From contig NW_003314338.1 in assembly GCF_000143415.4 (NCBI RefSeq), positions 838,771 through 902,770 of the forward strand: 64,000 bases of DNA, read 5' to 3'. This stretch comes from Selaginella moellendorffii (Eukaryota > Plantae > Lycopodiophyta). Below, one piece after another: positions 1 through 12,469 of this stretch; the stretch's first letter is position 1, and every line of letters starts with the position of its first letter. A program made the translations under genes and the position numbers. The notes under the pieces are model-generated. The model saw only the letters and a program-made list of their open reading frames with translations, did not search any database and was not told the DNA's origin.

Positions 1-737
1 CTGGGTTGCGCTCTCGCCATGCAGCTCTTTCAGTATTCTCTAGTTAGAAGCGAGGGGGAAATTTAACCTGTGCCAGAGAAGTTCGTAAGCAAGGCAAATC
101 CCAGTCTCCTGCTCAACCAGACCAAAGCATAAGCAAAAACTCTTTGAGAAAAAAAAGAGAGTAGGAAACCTGGCATTTGCTTTGAGATCGTTTCCTTGAA
201 TTTGTCGGAACAAGGGAGCGGACTTTGTTCCCTCACCATGCACCTGACAAAGAAGAAAAAATCGATCTCGTGCCGAGGAATGATCCAAAAAGAACCTTTT
301 CGAAGGGTTGACACTCACGAACGTCAATAAGAACAGCGTCACCGCTCTTCATCATCTTGTATGCTTCATCGCAATCGAGGCTCACCAGATTTCTCTCTGT
401 TAGCTTTCGATGAATTTCTACAAAAGAAAGACATAGAACAAGAGAATCAATCGCTCGAAATTTCATAGCACTCACCAATCCAAGCAGTGTACTTGAATGC
501 GTCGTCAAACAGGGATCCAACGTAGCCATTCCGGGCGGCGACATCGGCCTTGAGCTTGTTGAGCTTGGCCTCCATCGTGTTTTGCGACACGAATTTGTCG
601 TAGAACCATCCCCGGCTGCTACTGACCTTGTTCGCCACGGGATCGCCATCGCGATCGCTTGCCCTAGCGCGTGTCCCCAAAACCTGATTTCGAGAAGGAA
701 GAACTAGCGCTCGACTAGAAGAAAGCAATGGAGCCAT
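1..737 (-). CDS. Rhodanese-like domain protein, probably plastid-targeted (STR14-like); multi-exon, 3' end beyond window start
   Basis: Transit-like N-terminus MAPLLSSSRALVL. Exons read EAYKMMKSGDAVLIDVRECQPFEK / VHGEGTKSAPLFRQI / RRLGFALLTNFSGT / ERNP, with short GT-AG introns. Confidence 0.75.
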
Positions 738-955
738 TCATTTCACTCACTGGCGGAATATGCTAATTTTGAAAAATCTTCCAACAGAATATACTATTGT
801 GGCGTGCTGGCAGAATATGCTGCAGACTTGACGGAATGTGTGTTAAGCTTATGGGGTAGAACCCTAAACATTCTCTTCGGGAAAAATGGCGGGATAGAGG
901 AGCTGCGCAGCGACGCGCCTTGGATCGGCTGAAATATCCAAGATCATCCGCGGCG

Positions 956-2249
956 ATGAGGTTTCCATCGCTTGTCTTGCTCGTGTTGTGCGGCATTTTG
1001 GCGCAGGGGCAACGCGACGACAACGGCGGCCACAGGTGCTTCCCAGCGATCTTCGGCTTTGGCGACGATTGGGGCGATGTCGGGAACCTCCAGGCGCTGT
1101 ATCCGGCGGATCTTGAGAAGCTGGAGGACGAGGCGCCCTACGGGATGTCCTACTTCAAGAAGCCCGCGCGGCGGCTCTCGGATGGGCGCTTGATGCTGGA
1201 TTTCGTCGGTAATATCGCTCTCCTTGCCCATTCTTGCTCGAATCTCATCTTCTTTTGGGCGATCCGCAGCTCAGGCGCTGGGAATGCCCCTTCTTTCGTC
1301 CTACGCTGTGGGGGTTGTTTCGAATTTGCAGCACGGCATCAGCTTTGCCGTTGCCGGGAGCACTGCGAGCTCGATTGGTTTGCAGCAGAACCCGTATCAT
1401 CTCATGATTCAGATCCAGTGGCTCCAGAAGCTCGAGTCGGACGTGAGAGATGCTCTTGGGAATCAATCTCTTGGTAACTTGGCTCTTCCTTTTTGTTTCT
1501 ACTTGCTTTTTCACTCCCGATTTTTTCCAGCTAAGACCACCGAGACTTTGCCTAACGAGCAGTCGTTCCAGGAGGGTCTCTACATGATTTCTACCGGGCA
1601 GAACGACTACAGATACGCATTCTTCCGCGATAACAGAACGGTTCGTGAAGTGGAGCGCACTGTAATCCCCTACGTCGTGGAGAACATCACAGCCACTGTT
1701 TTGGTAAGTTTTCCTCTAGACTGGCGTGTTTAACTTCACCAATTTTCCTCGTATAGTTCCTCTCGACGACTTTCAGAGCGGCCAACTTCATGGTCTTCAA
1801 TCTTCCACCTCTGGGATGCTCGCCCGAGTTCCTGACCAGCTTTGCCAGCACGGATCCCAATGACTACGACACCATGGGCTGCCTCATCGACTACAACCGG
1901 ATCACAGTTCTTCACAACGAGCGTCTCAGGGTCACCTTAGACGTGCTGCGAGCCAGCTTTCGGGACTCCGTCCGGAGGCTCATCTACGTCGACATGGCCG
2001 CCATGGTGACTGGCGTCGTATACGATCCTGAATCCAGAGGTATGTCCTTCCAGTCTTGCTTATTTCTCTTCTCTAGTTACGAAGCGTTCCTGCTTTGCTT
2101 CCAGGCTTTCAGAACGGACTAGAAGCTTGTTGTGGGACTGGAAAGCCATACAACTACGATCCGCGATGTTCCTGTGTAACGCAGCGAGTGATCCGCGGCA
2201 GGAACTTGACCGCTCGTGCCTGTTCTAATCCGAGCACTACGTGAGCTGG
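956..2249 (+). CDS. GDSL/SGNH esterase-lipase family protein, secreted; 3' end falls in the assembly gap
   Basis: Signal peptide MRFPSLVLLVLCGILAQG. Block I AIFGFGDDWGDVGN, PYGMSYFKKPARRLSDGRLMLDFV, block III GQNDY, FNLPPLGCSP, ACCGTG, then YVSW just before the Ns. Confidence 0.9.
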
Positions 2250-2471
2250 NNNNNNNNNNNNNNNNNNNNNNNNNNNNNNNNNNNNNNNNNNNNNNNNNNN
2301 NNNNNNNNNNNNNNNNNNNNNNNNNNNNNNNNNNNNNNNNNNNNNNNNNNNNNNNNNNNNNNNNNNNNNNNNNNNNNNNNNNNNNNNNNNNNNNNNNNNN
2401 NNNNNNNNNNNNNNNNNNNNNNNNNNNNNNNNNNNNNNNNNNNNNNNNNNNNNNNNNNNNNNNNNNNNNNN
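2250..2471. other. Assembly gap (N run)
   Basis: 222 Ns. Confidence 1.
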
Positions 2472-2473
2472 CG

Positions 2474-2690
2474 GCTTGCTTCTCTCGACTCTGTGCAGTC
2501 CTTTCTGTTGAGATATATGTTGCGGCTTTGCTTCTCTCTTCTCTGTGTAGTAGTCCCTTTGGGAGACATATAGAGGCCTTGCTTCTCGCTTTTCTGTGTA
2601 GTCCTTTCTCATTAATCCATTGCAAATTCCTTGCTTCTCGCTTTTGTGTGTAGTCCTTTCCTTGGAGACCTCTCTCTTAGAGGTGTAGTT
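2474..2690. repeat. Degenerate tandem repeat, about 4 units of ~50 bp
   Basis: Recurrent core (c)ttgcttctc(g/t)cttttctgtgtagtcctttc. Confidence 0.7.
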
Positions 2691-2867
2691 CATAACCTTG
2701 TTGCACTCTCAATAATGATCAGAAGTTGCAGTGGCATTGTAGATGAATACTTCGTCCCTGTTCCTCTCCCAGTGGCAGTGGCAGCAGCAGAGGCAAGACC
2801 GAACAACCAGGACAAGATTAACCAACACAAAAGGAATCCACCTGACTGCTGCCAGGGGTATCAAAAA

Positions 2868-3575
2868 ATGGTAGCTTTTCTTATAATTATTTTCAGCTGT
2901 GCATCATTTACAAAACTTACACTCTACAAATCTCACTCGCAAGAGGTTATTTACCATAGTAGTTACATAGTTGGTTTGTCTCAACTCCTGCAAAATTGGA
3001 AGAAAGAAAAAAAGTTCCTATCACCTTATTTGGGAAAACTTCTCTCACCACTCATATGAGGCATGAGACTGTCAGTGATGGAAGTAGCTAGAGAGAATCC
3101 AGCTTCCAGCTGGTGAGATGCAAACTTGGCAACATGCTGAAGGGGAGGAAGAGAAAGGCTAGAAGTAGTGAGGAGGAGAAGGAAGAGGTTTGTTGAAAGC
3201 TCTGTGTGGATGAGAGCTGTTGCATTATAAGCTAGATCCAACTGAGTCCTTGGGGGGTTGATGATGTCATTCTCCTAGCGATTGACTAGCATGAATGCTC
3301 ACATGCCTGTGAATATTGTTTTCTATATGGTTTTTCTTGTAACTGGTTCGAATAAATGAAACTAGGTGAAAATGGTTTTTCAACAATGGTTATATGTATA
3401 GTTTGCACGTACATGTTCCAACATGATTCTTTTAAAGCATAGTAGGAACTGAAGATAGCTATCAATATATGTAACATATGAAGCTTATTATGCAATTATC
3501 AATCAATTTAATTTTTACTGTAGCTAGCATATGATTTGATCTCTAGAATGTTTATAAAAGACTTTTTTAATAGGC
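2868..3575 (-). repeat. Dispersed repeat carrying a copy of the RIN2 3' end; inverted copy of 15895-16665
   Basis: 2871-3300 matches 20172-20700 (ctcaactcctgcaaaat, acttctctcacca, cattataagctagatc). 3300-3575 is the reverse complement of ~15895-16230. Confidence 0.8.
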
Positions 3576-4596
3576 CAATTTTTATAGCAACTCAAATATG
3601 CTTAAAAATTATGGGATACTTTACCATTGCATTTATAATTTATAAACTTTGTTATAAATTATAACAAGTTTGCTTAGGAGAGACTCATGTTTTTGGGCAA
3701 TGTGTGATGTGAGTACTAAAGTGAGAACGAAGGGATGAGAACTCAACACCCGAATAAGTAATAGACTGGGATGAAATAGAAGCATTCAAAAACTACCACT
3801 ACATCTCTGCATTGGTATGACTTAACATGGGAGATCACATTACTATTCTCTTTCTATTTTTTTTAAAGCTTATGATTACTGTTTTCCATTCTTTGTCACG
3901 ATACAAACTTTTGTTTGTAGGTTGCAGAACAAAGTTATGAAAAAAGAGAAGCTGAAGGAACAAATTGCCAACTTGCAGTGGCACTACTTTTTTCCAATCG
4001 TTCGAAAAAAATTTGGAGAGTGCCAGTCAATGAGCACCTTAAAATTATCGCAAATGCTACTAAAAAAAATAGTAATGCAAGGAGAAAATATGTTTAAAAC
4101 CACCCTTGATGTTCTTTAATACAAGACGAAGGCATGGCCCGCCTTTAAACAATACAAAGTAAACACATTTAGCAATTGTACAGCTGATTACCATCTCTAA
4201 AATACAATTGCTGCATTCCTCTTTCTTGCACTCCCTCCAGGTATGCTGCAAGGCAGAGAGAATGCGAGCCAGAAAGACTGGCCGCGCATCACCTAGCACC
4301 ATTGTTTTTGCATCCAAAGAATGTGGAGGACGATGTTGCTGCGTATAGAGGAGTATAGAGAATCCGCGTGGAAATTCTGTTTTTAAGTCTGCGAGGAGCA
4401 AGACTCCTCTGAAGCTTGATGATTTGTTCTCTGCTATTTTTGTTCTTCCTGTCTTGATCATACACGTTTCCTTCTTTCCAGTCGATGTGGAGCTTAAACA
4501 ATTGAGCCTGAGCTCAGAAGATGTGGAACAGGACGAGTAGGAGCCGGGATTAGGCAACTTTTGCGTAGTGTGGACTTCTTCTCGGAATTGGTCAAG

Positions 4597-4895
4597 ATCG
4601 TAGAATAAAAAAAAGGTGACCCGGTATGAGTTTCGCGTCAGCATCACACACATTCATGTGGCGTCTCTAATATAAATGACAACACACTACTTCAAAGGTT
4701 CATGGTGCTCTCCATCATTCTATACTTTCTTCTGAGTTTAACTGCCATTTCAATCTCTCAGGTTTTAAGCCTTTCTTCTGTGTTCGTAGTGTTAGCCCAT
4801 GGCTTTGAATTTCCAGGGACGACATCACGGAGCACTCATTGTCTATTTGGGGAATGTCGATAAATCCCTTCATCCAGAAGCTGTTACTAACACTC
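4597..4895 (+). pseudogene. Truncated copy of the subtilase promoter, exon 1 and start of exon 2
   Basis: Near-identical to 8391-8692, then joins directly to sequence found at 11436 onward. Confidence 0.85.
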
Positions 4896-4928
4896 GTACA
4901 TTTGGATAGTGAAGAGCCCTAAAATTCA

Positions 4929-5366
4929 ATGCGGATGGAAGCTCCTGCCCGTTGCGCAGGGTCTAGCGCCATTGTTTTGGCATCCAAGAACAAATCCAGG
5001 AAGAAGAATGTGGAGGACGATGTCGCTGCATATACGACGGCTGCGTTGCCTCTGCTAGAGGAGTATGCTGCCGGATACAGCGTGGCTGTGCTAGAGAAGA
5101 AGAAAGATTTGTCATCCAATCTGGGAGCAAAGGAAACTTTGCAGCGTGAGAAATCTTCTTCCAAGAAATCCTCGCTGGAAGAGTTTCTCAAAGGGAAAGT
5201 TCGACCATTGGACGAGGACGAAGAGAAAGAAGAGAAGGAAGACGAGAGAGTGGAAGTTTGGGAAGGCGACTTGAGCCCAATGACCGCCGAGGAGGAGCGC
5301 AGGCTATTGGCTCAGCTGAGAAGGAGCCACCGCTGCAGCTGCCTTGCTCTCAGATGGTGGTGCTAG
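4929..5366 (+). pseudogene. Lys/Glu-rich ORF of unknown family, copy A (internally deleted)
   Basis: Near-identical to 11468-11930 (SSAIVLASKNKSRKKNVEDD...) with deletions. Confidence 0.5.
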
Positions 5367-5499
5367 CGGACGGCACCGCACCAGGATCTACTTGTGGTAG
5401 TATTCGAACTCCAGCTCCACTTCCAAGAAGGCGCAAAAGCTTTACTAAAACAAATTTGACTTACTCTACTTAAGAACCCTAACACTTTTTAAAAATGTT

Positions 5500-7853
5500 A
5501 TCTTTAAGAATCTATTTTAATGTTCCATCTGTGTCATGCTTAAATGCAAGTAATCACTACTGTTGAACACTCCACATTTCCAAGGCCACTCATAGCCAGT
5601 CTCAAACATTCATTGCACACATCCAATGGATTCCACCCAGCAGAGCTACTTCTCAATAATACCCCGTCTTGTTTTTCATTCTATCAAAGAACTATAGCTT
5701 TTCTCATAATTATTTTCACTTGTGCATCATTTACAAAACTTACACTCTACAAATATCACTCAAAAGAGGTTGTTTATTAGCAAATTATACAATTGGTTTG
5801 TCTCAACTCTTGCAAAATTGGAAGAAAGAAAAAAGTCTTATCACCATATTTGGAAGAAGTTCTCTCACCACACCATGCTTCTCATATGAGGCATGAGACT
5901 CTCAGCGATGGAAGTAACTGGAGAGGATCGATAGAGAAAGGGCAGAAGAAGCAAGGAGAAGGAAGAAGTTTGTTGAAGGCTAAGAGCTACCACATTATAA
6001 GCTAGATCCAATTAAGTCCTTAGGGGTTTGATGCCCTTCTCCTAGCAATTGATAGGCATGAGTGCTCACATCATCTAACAAACTATGGTATAAATTCAAG
6101 GCATGTGTAAAGACCAAATTCACAATAACTATGAAAGAGAAATATAATATGGATTGCATGAAATGTTGATAGTACTTCAAGAACATGGCAAGAAACTTTC
6201 TAATTACAAGTTACCAGTCTAAATTCATTAGAGACAACAAAACATTAACTAGAACAAGTTGCAAGCTATACACGCTTGATGAAGATGAATTACTGAAACC
6301 AAAATGGATATAAAACAACTTCACATATTTAACAATGTCTTGAATGCAATATAAAAAAAAAAGAAATAAACAAGTTATTCTTTGTTGATGGAGTCAGAGG
6401 CACAAAGAAACTATACCCTTTTAACACACTAATAAAATATGTCATAGCTTGGCCACGTGGACAGAAATAGTGAGTACTCCTTTTATAGTAGGCTAAATAA
6501 CTCATTCAGCATTTACACTACTGGTACCAATTACAGAAACATGCACCTTGAACCTGCAAGAACATTCAACTCTTGCCAAGGTCATAAGGAGGCTTATATG
6601 GGACAAGATAAGCATAATACCTATTCAAGCTTTTAAAGTTGTCGAAAGGGTCATGGATGACATAAGAAATTGTGAAATAGATTTTGGGGGCATTACATTA
6701 GTAATAGAGGGAGATTTTAGATAGATGTTACTTGTTCTAAAAGAGGCTTGTTGCACATAAATTGTCGAAAACAATATCAAATCCTCACTAATATGGTAGA
6801 AACTTTTAAAGTTCTCATTACACACAAACATAAGGGATGAACTCTAAAGAAAAATACTGGTTTAGATGGCTTGTGAGGTTTAAAGATGGTAACTTACCTG
6901 GCTTATAAAGATTAAACCAAGAAGTTATAAAATTACCTCTAACAGATAATATGTTTGAAAAACATGTACATTAACCTATTGCAAAAAGTTATTTTCACGA
7001 CTTTAAATAATCTCTCTGTAAAAGTGAATGATTAAGTCCGTTGGAGAATAACTGGCAAAAGAATAATATATAGAAGTAGACATCATAGAAATGTATTTGA
7101 GAGCATCTTATTGAGTTCTTAAACTTAGTAACACCATTTGGAATGCCTCCATAGGAGAAAAGAAAAAGTATCATAATGTTGTTATACAATATTGACACCA
7201 AAAAAAGCCTTTGTGAACTAATTATAACTAAAGTACTACCAAATATTATAGAAGTTAAAATTCTAATAGTATGCAAGGGAAAAAAAGTCCTTCTACCAAG
7301 AATCTCCTTAAACCCAACTAACATAGACATACCTTCATCCTTAAACAACAATAATTCTCTATAAGGTTTGTATTCTCTATAAAAAATTTCAAATCAAACA
7401 CTACAAAATGTAGGTGTATAGTTACCAAGATTTTCAGCCACACTTGCACTTTCTAAAGAAACATCAAAGAAATAAATGATAATATCCATCAAAAAATGTG
7501 CAAGGTGTGCTTCAAAACCATAATGTTTACATGAAAAATATTGTATACAAGGAAATTCTCTAGGATTCATGTCACTAGTGTAACAAATTTTCTATTTATT
7601 AGTAAATATGGATTTATTATTCTAGAATATTAGATATATTCATATCCTAAAATGATATCTAAGAATATTTTAAATATATCCACTAATTTAGATATAAAAT
7701 TCTAAAGCGAACCAATTGTTGATGCATGCAGCAAATTATTTATATTGGCATATTATTTTGAGTTTTTAAGGCTTTATGAGTATCTTTAGTAGTAGCATTA
7801 TCATCTTTTAAGTGCTTGCATTAATCCTTGTAGCAAGGGACCTTGAAATTAGT
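5500..7853 (+). mobile_element. Decayed Helitron, copy A (PIF1-like helicase remnant plus 3' terminus); 5' boundary uncertain
   Basis: Degenerate FFVDG..G.KK, IWDK..I..AFKVVERVMDDI, FGGITLVIEGDFR, KKVLLPRISL and terminal KNIVYKEIL* (7534-7563). Subterminal hairpin tccttg-tag-caaggga (7825-7840), then TTAG|T (7849-7853). Confidence 0.8.
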
Positions 7854-8495
7854 CAAGCTTCCTGTTCCTTTCGACAAATCCTCATTAACAAATGAGCTTA
7901 AGAGGACAGGTTCAGGGTACTTACCAGTCCAAGACAGCTGTAAATATCTAATCTTTCTTTGTTCACATGGCAAAAAATTATTTTCTCGAAAGTCTTATTT
8001 GAGATGAAGTCAGTCTGCACAAGTTGACAAATTATATTAGTTCAGTTTACAAAGTAATTAGACATAATTATTATGATTATTGTATTACCTGTCCTATCTA
8101 GATCAGTAAATTATAGATGAAATCTCTTCTTTCATAAGACACACCAATTACTGAGAAAGAACAGATCAAGAGTTCATCCTTAGCTCTTGCAACTCCATTT
8201 AACTATGGTGAGCAATGGAAAGTATCCTATCACAAGCTTGAAACCACTCTTTAAACCTTTTGCATGATCTTAATAATATTTCATGAAAAGATCTGTAGCA
8301 CAGGAGTCAATCATTTTTGTCCACTTTGACGACCTTTGGATAAATGCAATGTTCTTGACAATTTCCTCTGAATTAATCGTATTTCATCTCATCGTAGAAT
8401 AAGAAAAGGTGACCCAGTATGAGCTTTGCGTCAGCATTACACACATTCATTCGGCATCTCTAATATAAATGACAACACACTACTTTAAAGGTTTC

Positions 8496-11317
8496 ATGGC
8501 GCACTCCATCATTGTATACTTTCTTCTGAGTTTAACTGCCATTTCAATCTCTCAGGTTTTAAGCCTTTCTTCTGTGTTCGTAGTGTTAGCCCATGGCTTT
8601 GAATTTCCAGGGACGAGATCACGGAGACACTCACATTGTCTATTTGGGGAATGTCGATAAATCCCTCCATCCAGAAGCTGTTACTAGCTCTCATCACGCA
8701 CTCCTTCGGGATATTCTAGGAAGGTAAAACTTTGATCATAAAAGAAAACTTCATCCAAATTCGTTTATACCAGTGACGAGGCTGCTAGAGAATCACTGGG
8801 TTTTAGCTACAGGCATGGATTCAGTGGCTTCTCAGCTCGACTAACAGAAGAACAAGCTGCTAAAATTTCCAGTAAACATAAATTTATTCCAAAGTCTATC
8901 CTTCTTTCTTCTTTTTTTCTTCCCAAAATTGCAGGCCTTCCAAATGTGTTGTCCATCTTTCCCAATAAAATCCGCAAGATCCACACCACAAACTCATGGG
9001 AGTTTCTCGGCCTCTATGGAAGTGGAGAGAACTCCTTGTTTGGTGCTAGCGAATCTACTGAATCATCTTGGCTATGGCACAACACAAAATATGGCAAAGA
9101 CGTTATTATCGGTGTCTTTGATTCAGGTAAATCCCTCTTCCTTCTTTTCTTATTTGTAATAATATTGGTTTTTTCAGGAGTGTGGCCCGAGTCCAAGAGT
9201 TTTTTGGATCACGGCATGAAATCAATCCCCAAAAGATGGAAAGGAACATGCGAAACTGGAGAGAAATTTAACGCTTCTCACTGCAACAAGTAAAATATAA
9301 GAAATCACAAATTCTAGCTACATGCTAACTCGTTAATTTTTTATCTTTCAGGAAACTTATCGGTGCCAGATTCTTTTCTCACGGCCTACAGGATGGTCCC
9401 GAGGCTTATGCAAAAGCACACCGAGAAATTCTTTCTCCAAGAGATGTTAATGGCCATGGAACTCACACGGCTTCCACTGCCGGAGGCCGATTCGTGAGAA
9501 ACGCAAACTGGCTTGGCTACGCAAAAGGCACTGCAAAAGGTGGCGCTCCAGACGCACATCTCGCAATCTACAAGATATGCTGGAGAAACATCACGGATGA
9601 CAGGGTCGGCTGCCCAGACGCTCACGTTCTCAGTGCATTTGATATGGGAATCCACGATGGTGTGGATATCATTTCTGCGTCTTTCGGGGGTCCAGTGGGT
9701 GATTACTTCCTTGATTCTACGTTCATTGGAGCGTTCCATGCCATGCAGAAAGGCATTGTGGTGGTGGCTTCCGCTGGAAACAGTCAACAAACTCTGGGAC
9801 CTGGCTCAGTGGAAAATGGAGCACCCTGGATCATTACTGTTGGAGCGAGCACTCTTGATCGAGCCTACTTTGGAGACCTTTTCCTTGGCAACAATGAATC
9901 ATTTCGGGTATTAGTGTGAATTTTAATTCTAATTTGAAATGGTTTCCAGGGTTTTAGTTTCACGGAGAAAAGATTAAGAAAGAGGTGGTATCATCTTGCT
10001 GCGGGTGCCAATGTTGGTTTGCCAACCTCCAGCTTTTCAGCCAGGTAAAACAATCATCCTTAATGCTACGAATTAAGATGATATTATTAGGCAATTGTGC
10101 TTGAGTGGGTCTTTGGATCCCAAGAAAGTCCAAGGAAAGATTGTGGCATGTTTGAGAGGGCGGATGCATCCAGCGTTCCAATCTTTAGAAGTTTTTAGTG
10201 CTGGTGGAGCTGGGATTATCTTTTGCAACTCGACTCAAGTTGATCAAGATACTGGAAATGAGTTTCTTCCTTCAGTTTATGTTGATGAAAAAGCTGGAGA
10301 AGCCATCTTTTCATATATAAATTCTACAAGGTAAAAATGTTTATGTTTTGTATTTTATTTAGCCTTTTGTGCGTGCTAGGTTTCCTGTAGCGCAGATACA
10401 ACATCAGATTTCATTGACAAATCAAAAGCCTGCTCCTCTCATGGCAGCATTTTCATCCTCTGGTCCCAACCTGGTTGATGCAGACATACTCAAGGTATAT
10501 TTTTATTGTTATTTTGTTAGTTGTTTTGAGACTTTTGTTCTTTCAGCCTGATATTACAGCTCCAGGAGTACACATTTTAGCAGCGTACACACAATTCAAT
10601 AACTCTAAAGTACCATATAAACTTGTTTCTGGAACCTCTATGTCTTGCCCTCATGTAAGTGGGATTGTTGCGCTACTAAAGTCCTATCGTCCAACCTGGA
10701 GTCCAGCTGCAATCAAATCAGCCATAGTAACAACAGGTAATTTACAACTTGAAAAAAAGTTATATACATATTATTCCTAAACAGGTTACTGGTTTGATAA
10801 TCTTAGTGAATCAATCAAGAATTCATCACTAGCTCCCGCATCACCCTTTGATTTTGGTGGAGGGCATGTAAATCCAAATGCCGCTGCACATCCTGGCCTA
10901 GTATATGATGCCGATGAGCAAGACTACATTGGATATCTCTGCAGTCTGGGATACAACCAGACTGAACTTCAGATCCTCACGCAAACTTCCGCTAAGTGTC
11001 CTGACAATCCCACAGACCTCAACTATCCATCCATTGCCATCTCCAATTTGAGCCGCAGCAAAGTCGTGCACAGGCGAGTGACGAACGTGGACGATGATGC
11101 GACAAACTATACGGCATCTATTGAGGCACCGGAGAGTGTGTCGGTGTCGGTTCATCCATCGGTGCTGCGGTTCGAGCACAAGGGCGAGACGAAAGCATTC
11201 CAGGTGATATTTAGAGTGGAGGACGACTCAAACATTAATAATGATGTTTTCGGGAAGCTGATATGGAGCAACGGAAAGTATATGGTCACTAGTCCCATTG
11301 CAGTCAGTTTTGGATGA
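8496..11317 (+). CDS. Subtilisin-like serine protease (S8A plant SBT; I9 prodomain, PA domain, Fn3-like C-terminus)
   Basis: Signal peptide; [14 protein letters not shown]; [11 protein letters not shown]. Catalytic triad D (IIGVFDSG), H (HGTHTASTA), S ([12 protein letters not shown]). Ends ...[10 protein letters not shown], with canonical short introns. Confidence 0.93.
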
Positions 11318-11467
11318 AGTAAAATTTCATGTGCATGCTCAAAGTAAAAAGGTTGATATATTTGTGTTTTGAATTGAAAAAGGCCACAATTATTCAGACA
11401 AAGATTCTAAAAGTTTTTTTTAAAGAAAATATTAGTACATTCGGATAGTGAAGAGCCCTAAAATTCA

Positions 11468-12253
11468 ATGCTGCGGATGGAAGCTCCTGCCCGTTGCAAT
11501 CCCAACTGCGTGCAGGGCAGAGATTACAGGAGAATGTGGGCCAGAGAGATTGGCCGCGCAGGGTCTAGCGCTATTGTTTTGGCATCCAAGAACAAATCCA
11601 GGAAGAAGAATGTGGAGGACGATTTCGCTGCATACACGACGGCTGCGTTGCCTCTGCTAGAGGAGTATACTGCCGGATACAGCATGGCTGTGCTAGAGAA
11701 GAAGAAGAAAGATTTGTCATCCAATCTGGGAGCAAAGGAAACTTTGCAGCATGAGAAATCTTCTTCCAAAAAATCCTCGCTGGAAGAGTTTCTCAAAGGG
11801 AAAGTTCGACCATTGGACGAGGCGAAGAGAAAGAGGAGAAGGAAGACGAGAGAGTGGAAGTTTGGGAAGGCGACTTGAGCCCAATGACCGCCGAGGAGGA
11901 GCACAAGCTACTGGCTGAAGCTGAGAAGGAGCTCTCGGAGCTCAAGAAGATGCATGGAGAGCGTTCCATTTTTGAGAATCGCTCGAAGCTTGGGATCGAA
12001 GAGGACGATGACGATCGCGTGGAAGTTTGGAAGGGAGATAAAATGGAAGCCTGGAATGAAGAGGAGAACCCTTCCACAGATGTTTCTACGAGTGACAAGG
12101 AAGATCGAGCAGGAAACAAGAAAGGGACAACAGGAGGCAAGACCGGACAACCAGGAGCAGCAGGACATGAATAACCAACACGAGCCCCACGAAAGGAATC
12201 GCTGCCACTCCTGCAACTCCTGCCATGAGGAGGAGGAGGAAGAGCAGGGCTGA
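11468..12253 (+). pseudogene. Lys/Glu-rich ORF of unknown family, copy B (frameshifted near 11825)
   Basis: ORFs 11468-11878 and 11854-12174 join in one frame in copy A (DEDEEKEEKEDERVEVWEGDL). Internal repeat ERVEVWEGD/DRVEVWKGD. Confidence 0.5.
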
Positions 12254-12469
12254 TTGAGCCGCTGCTGCAGCTGCTAAAGGAGCCTTGCTCTCAGATGGTC
12301 GACGAGACACTGAGGTGGCACCGCACCAGGATCTACTCGTCGTAGCATTCGTGGTGACACTGGCAGCATTTTTGTAACCAGCTCTTATTGACCTCCGAGG
12401 ATGGACCGCAAAAGCTTTACTAAAACAAATTTGACTTGCTCTAATTTACTTGGACGACTTAAGATTCCT

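Noticed and set aside
2474-2690. CRISPR-like repeat-spacer appearance
   Set aside because: Repeats are degenerate with irregular spacing, the context is eukaryotic, and there are no cas genes.
7860-8390. Coding-like minus-strand remnant upstream of the subtilase
   Set aside because: Interrupted by stops and unidentifiable.
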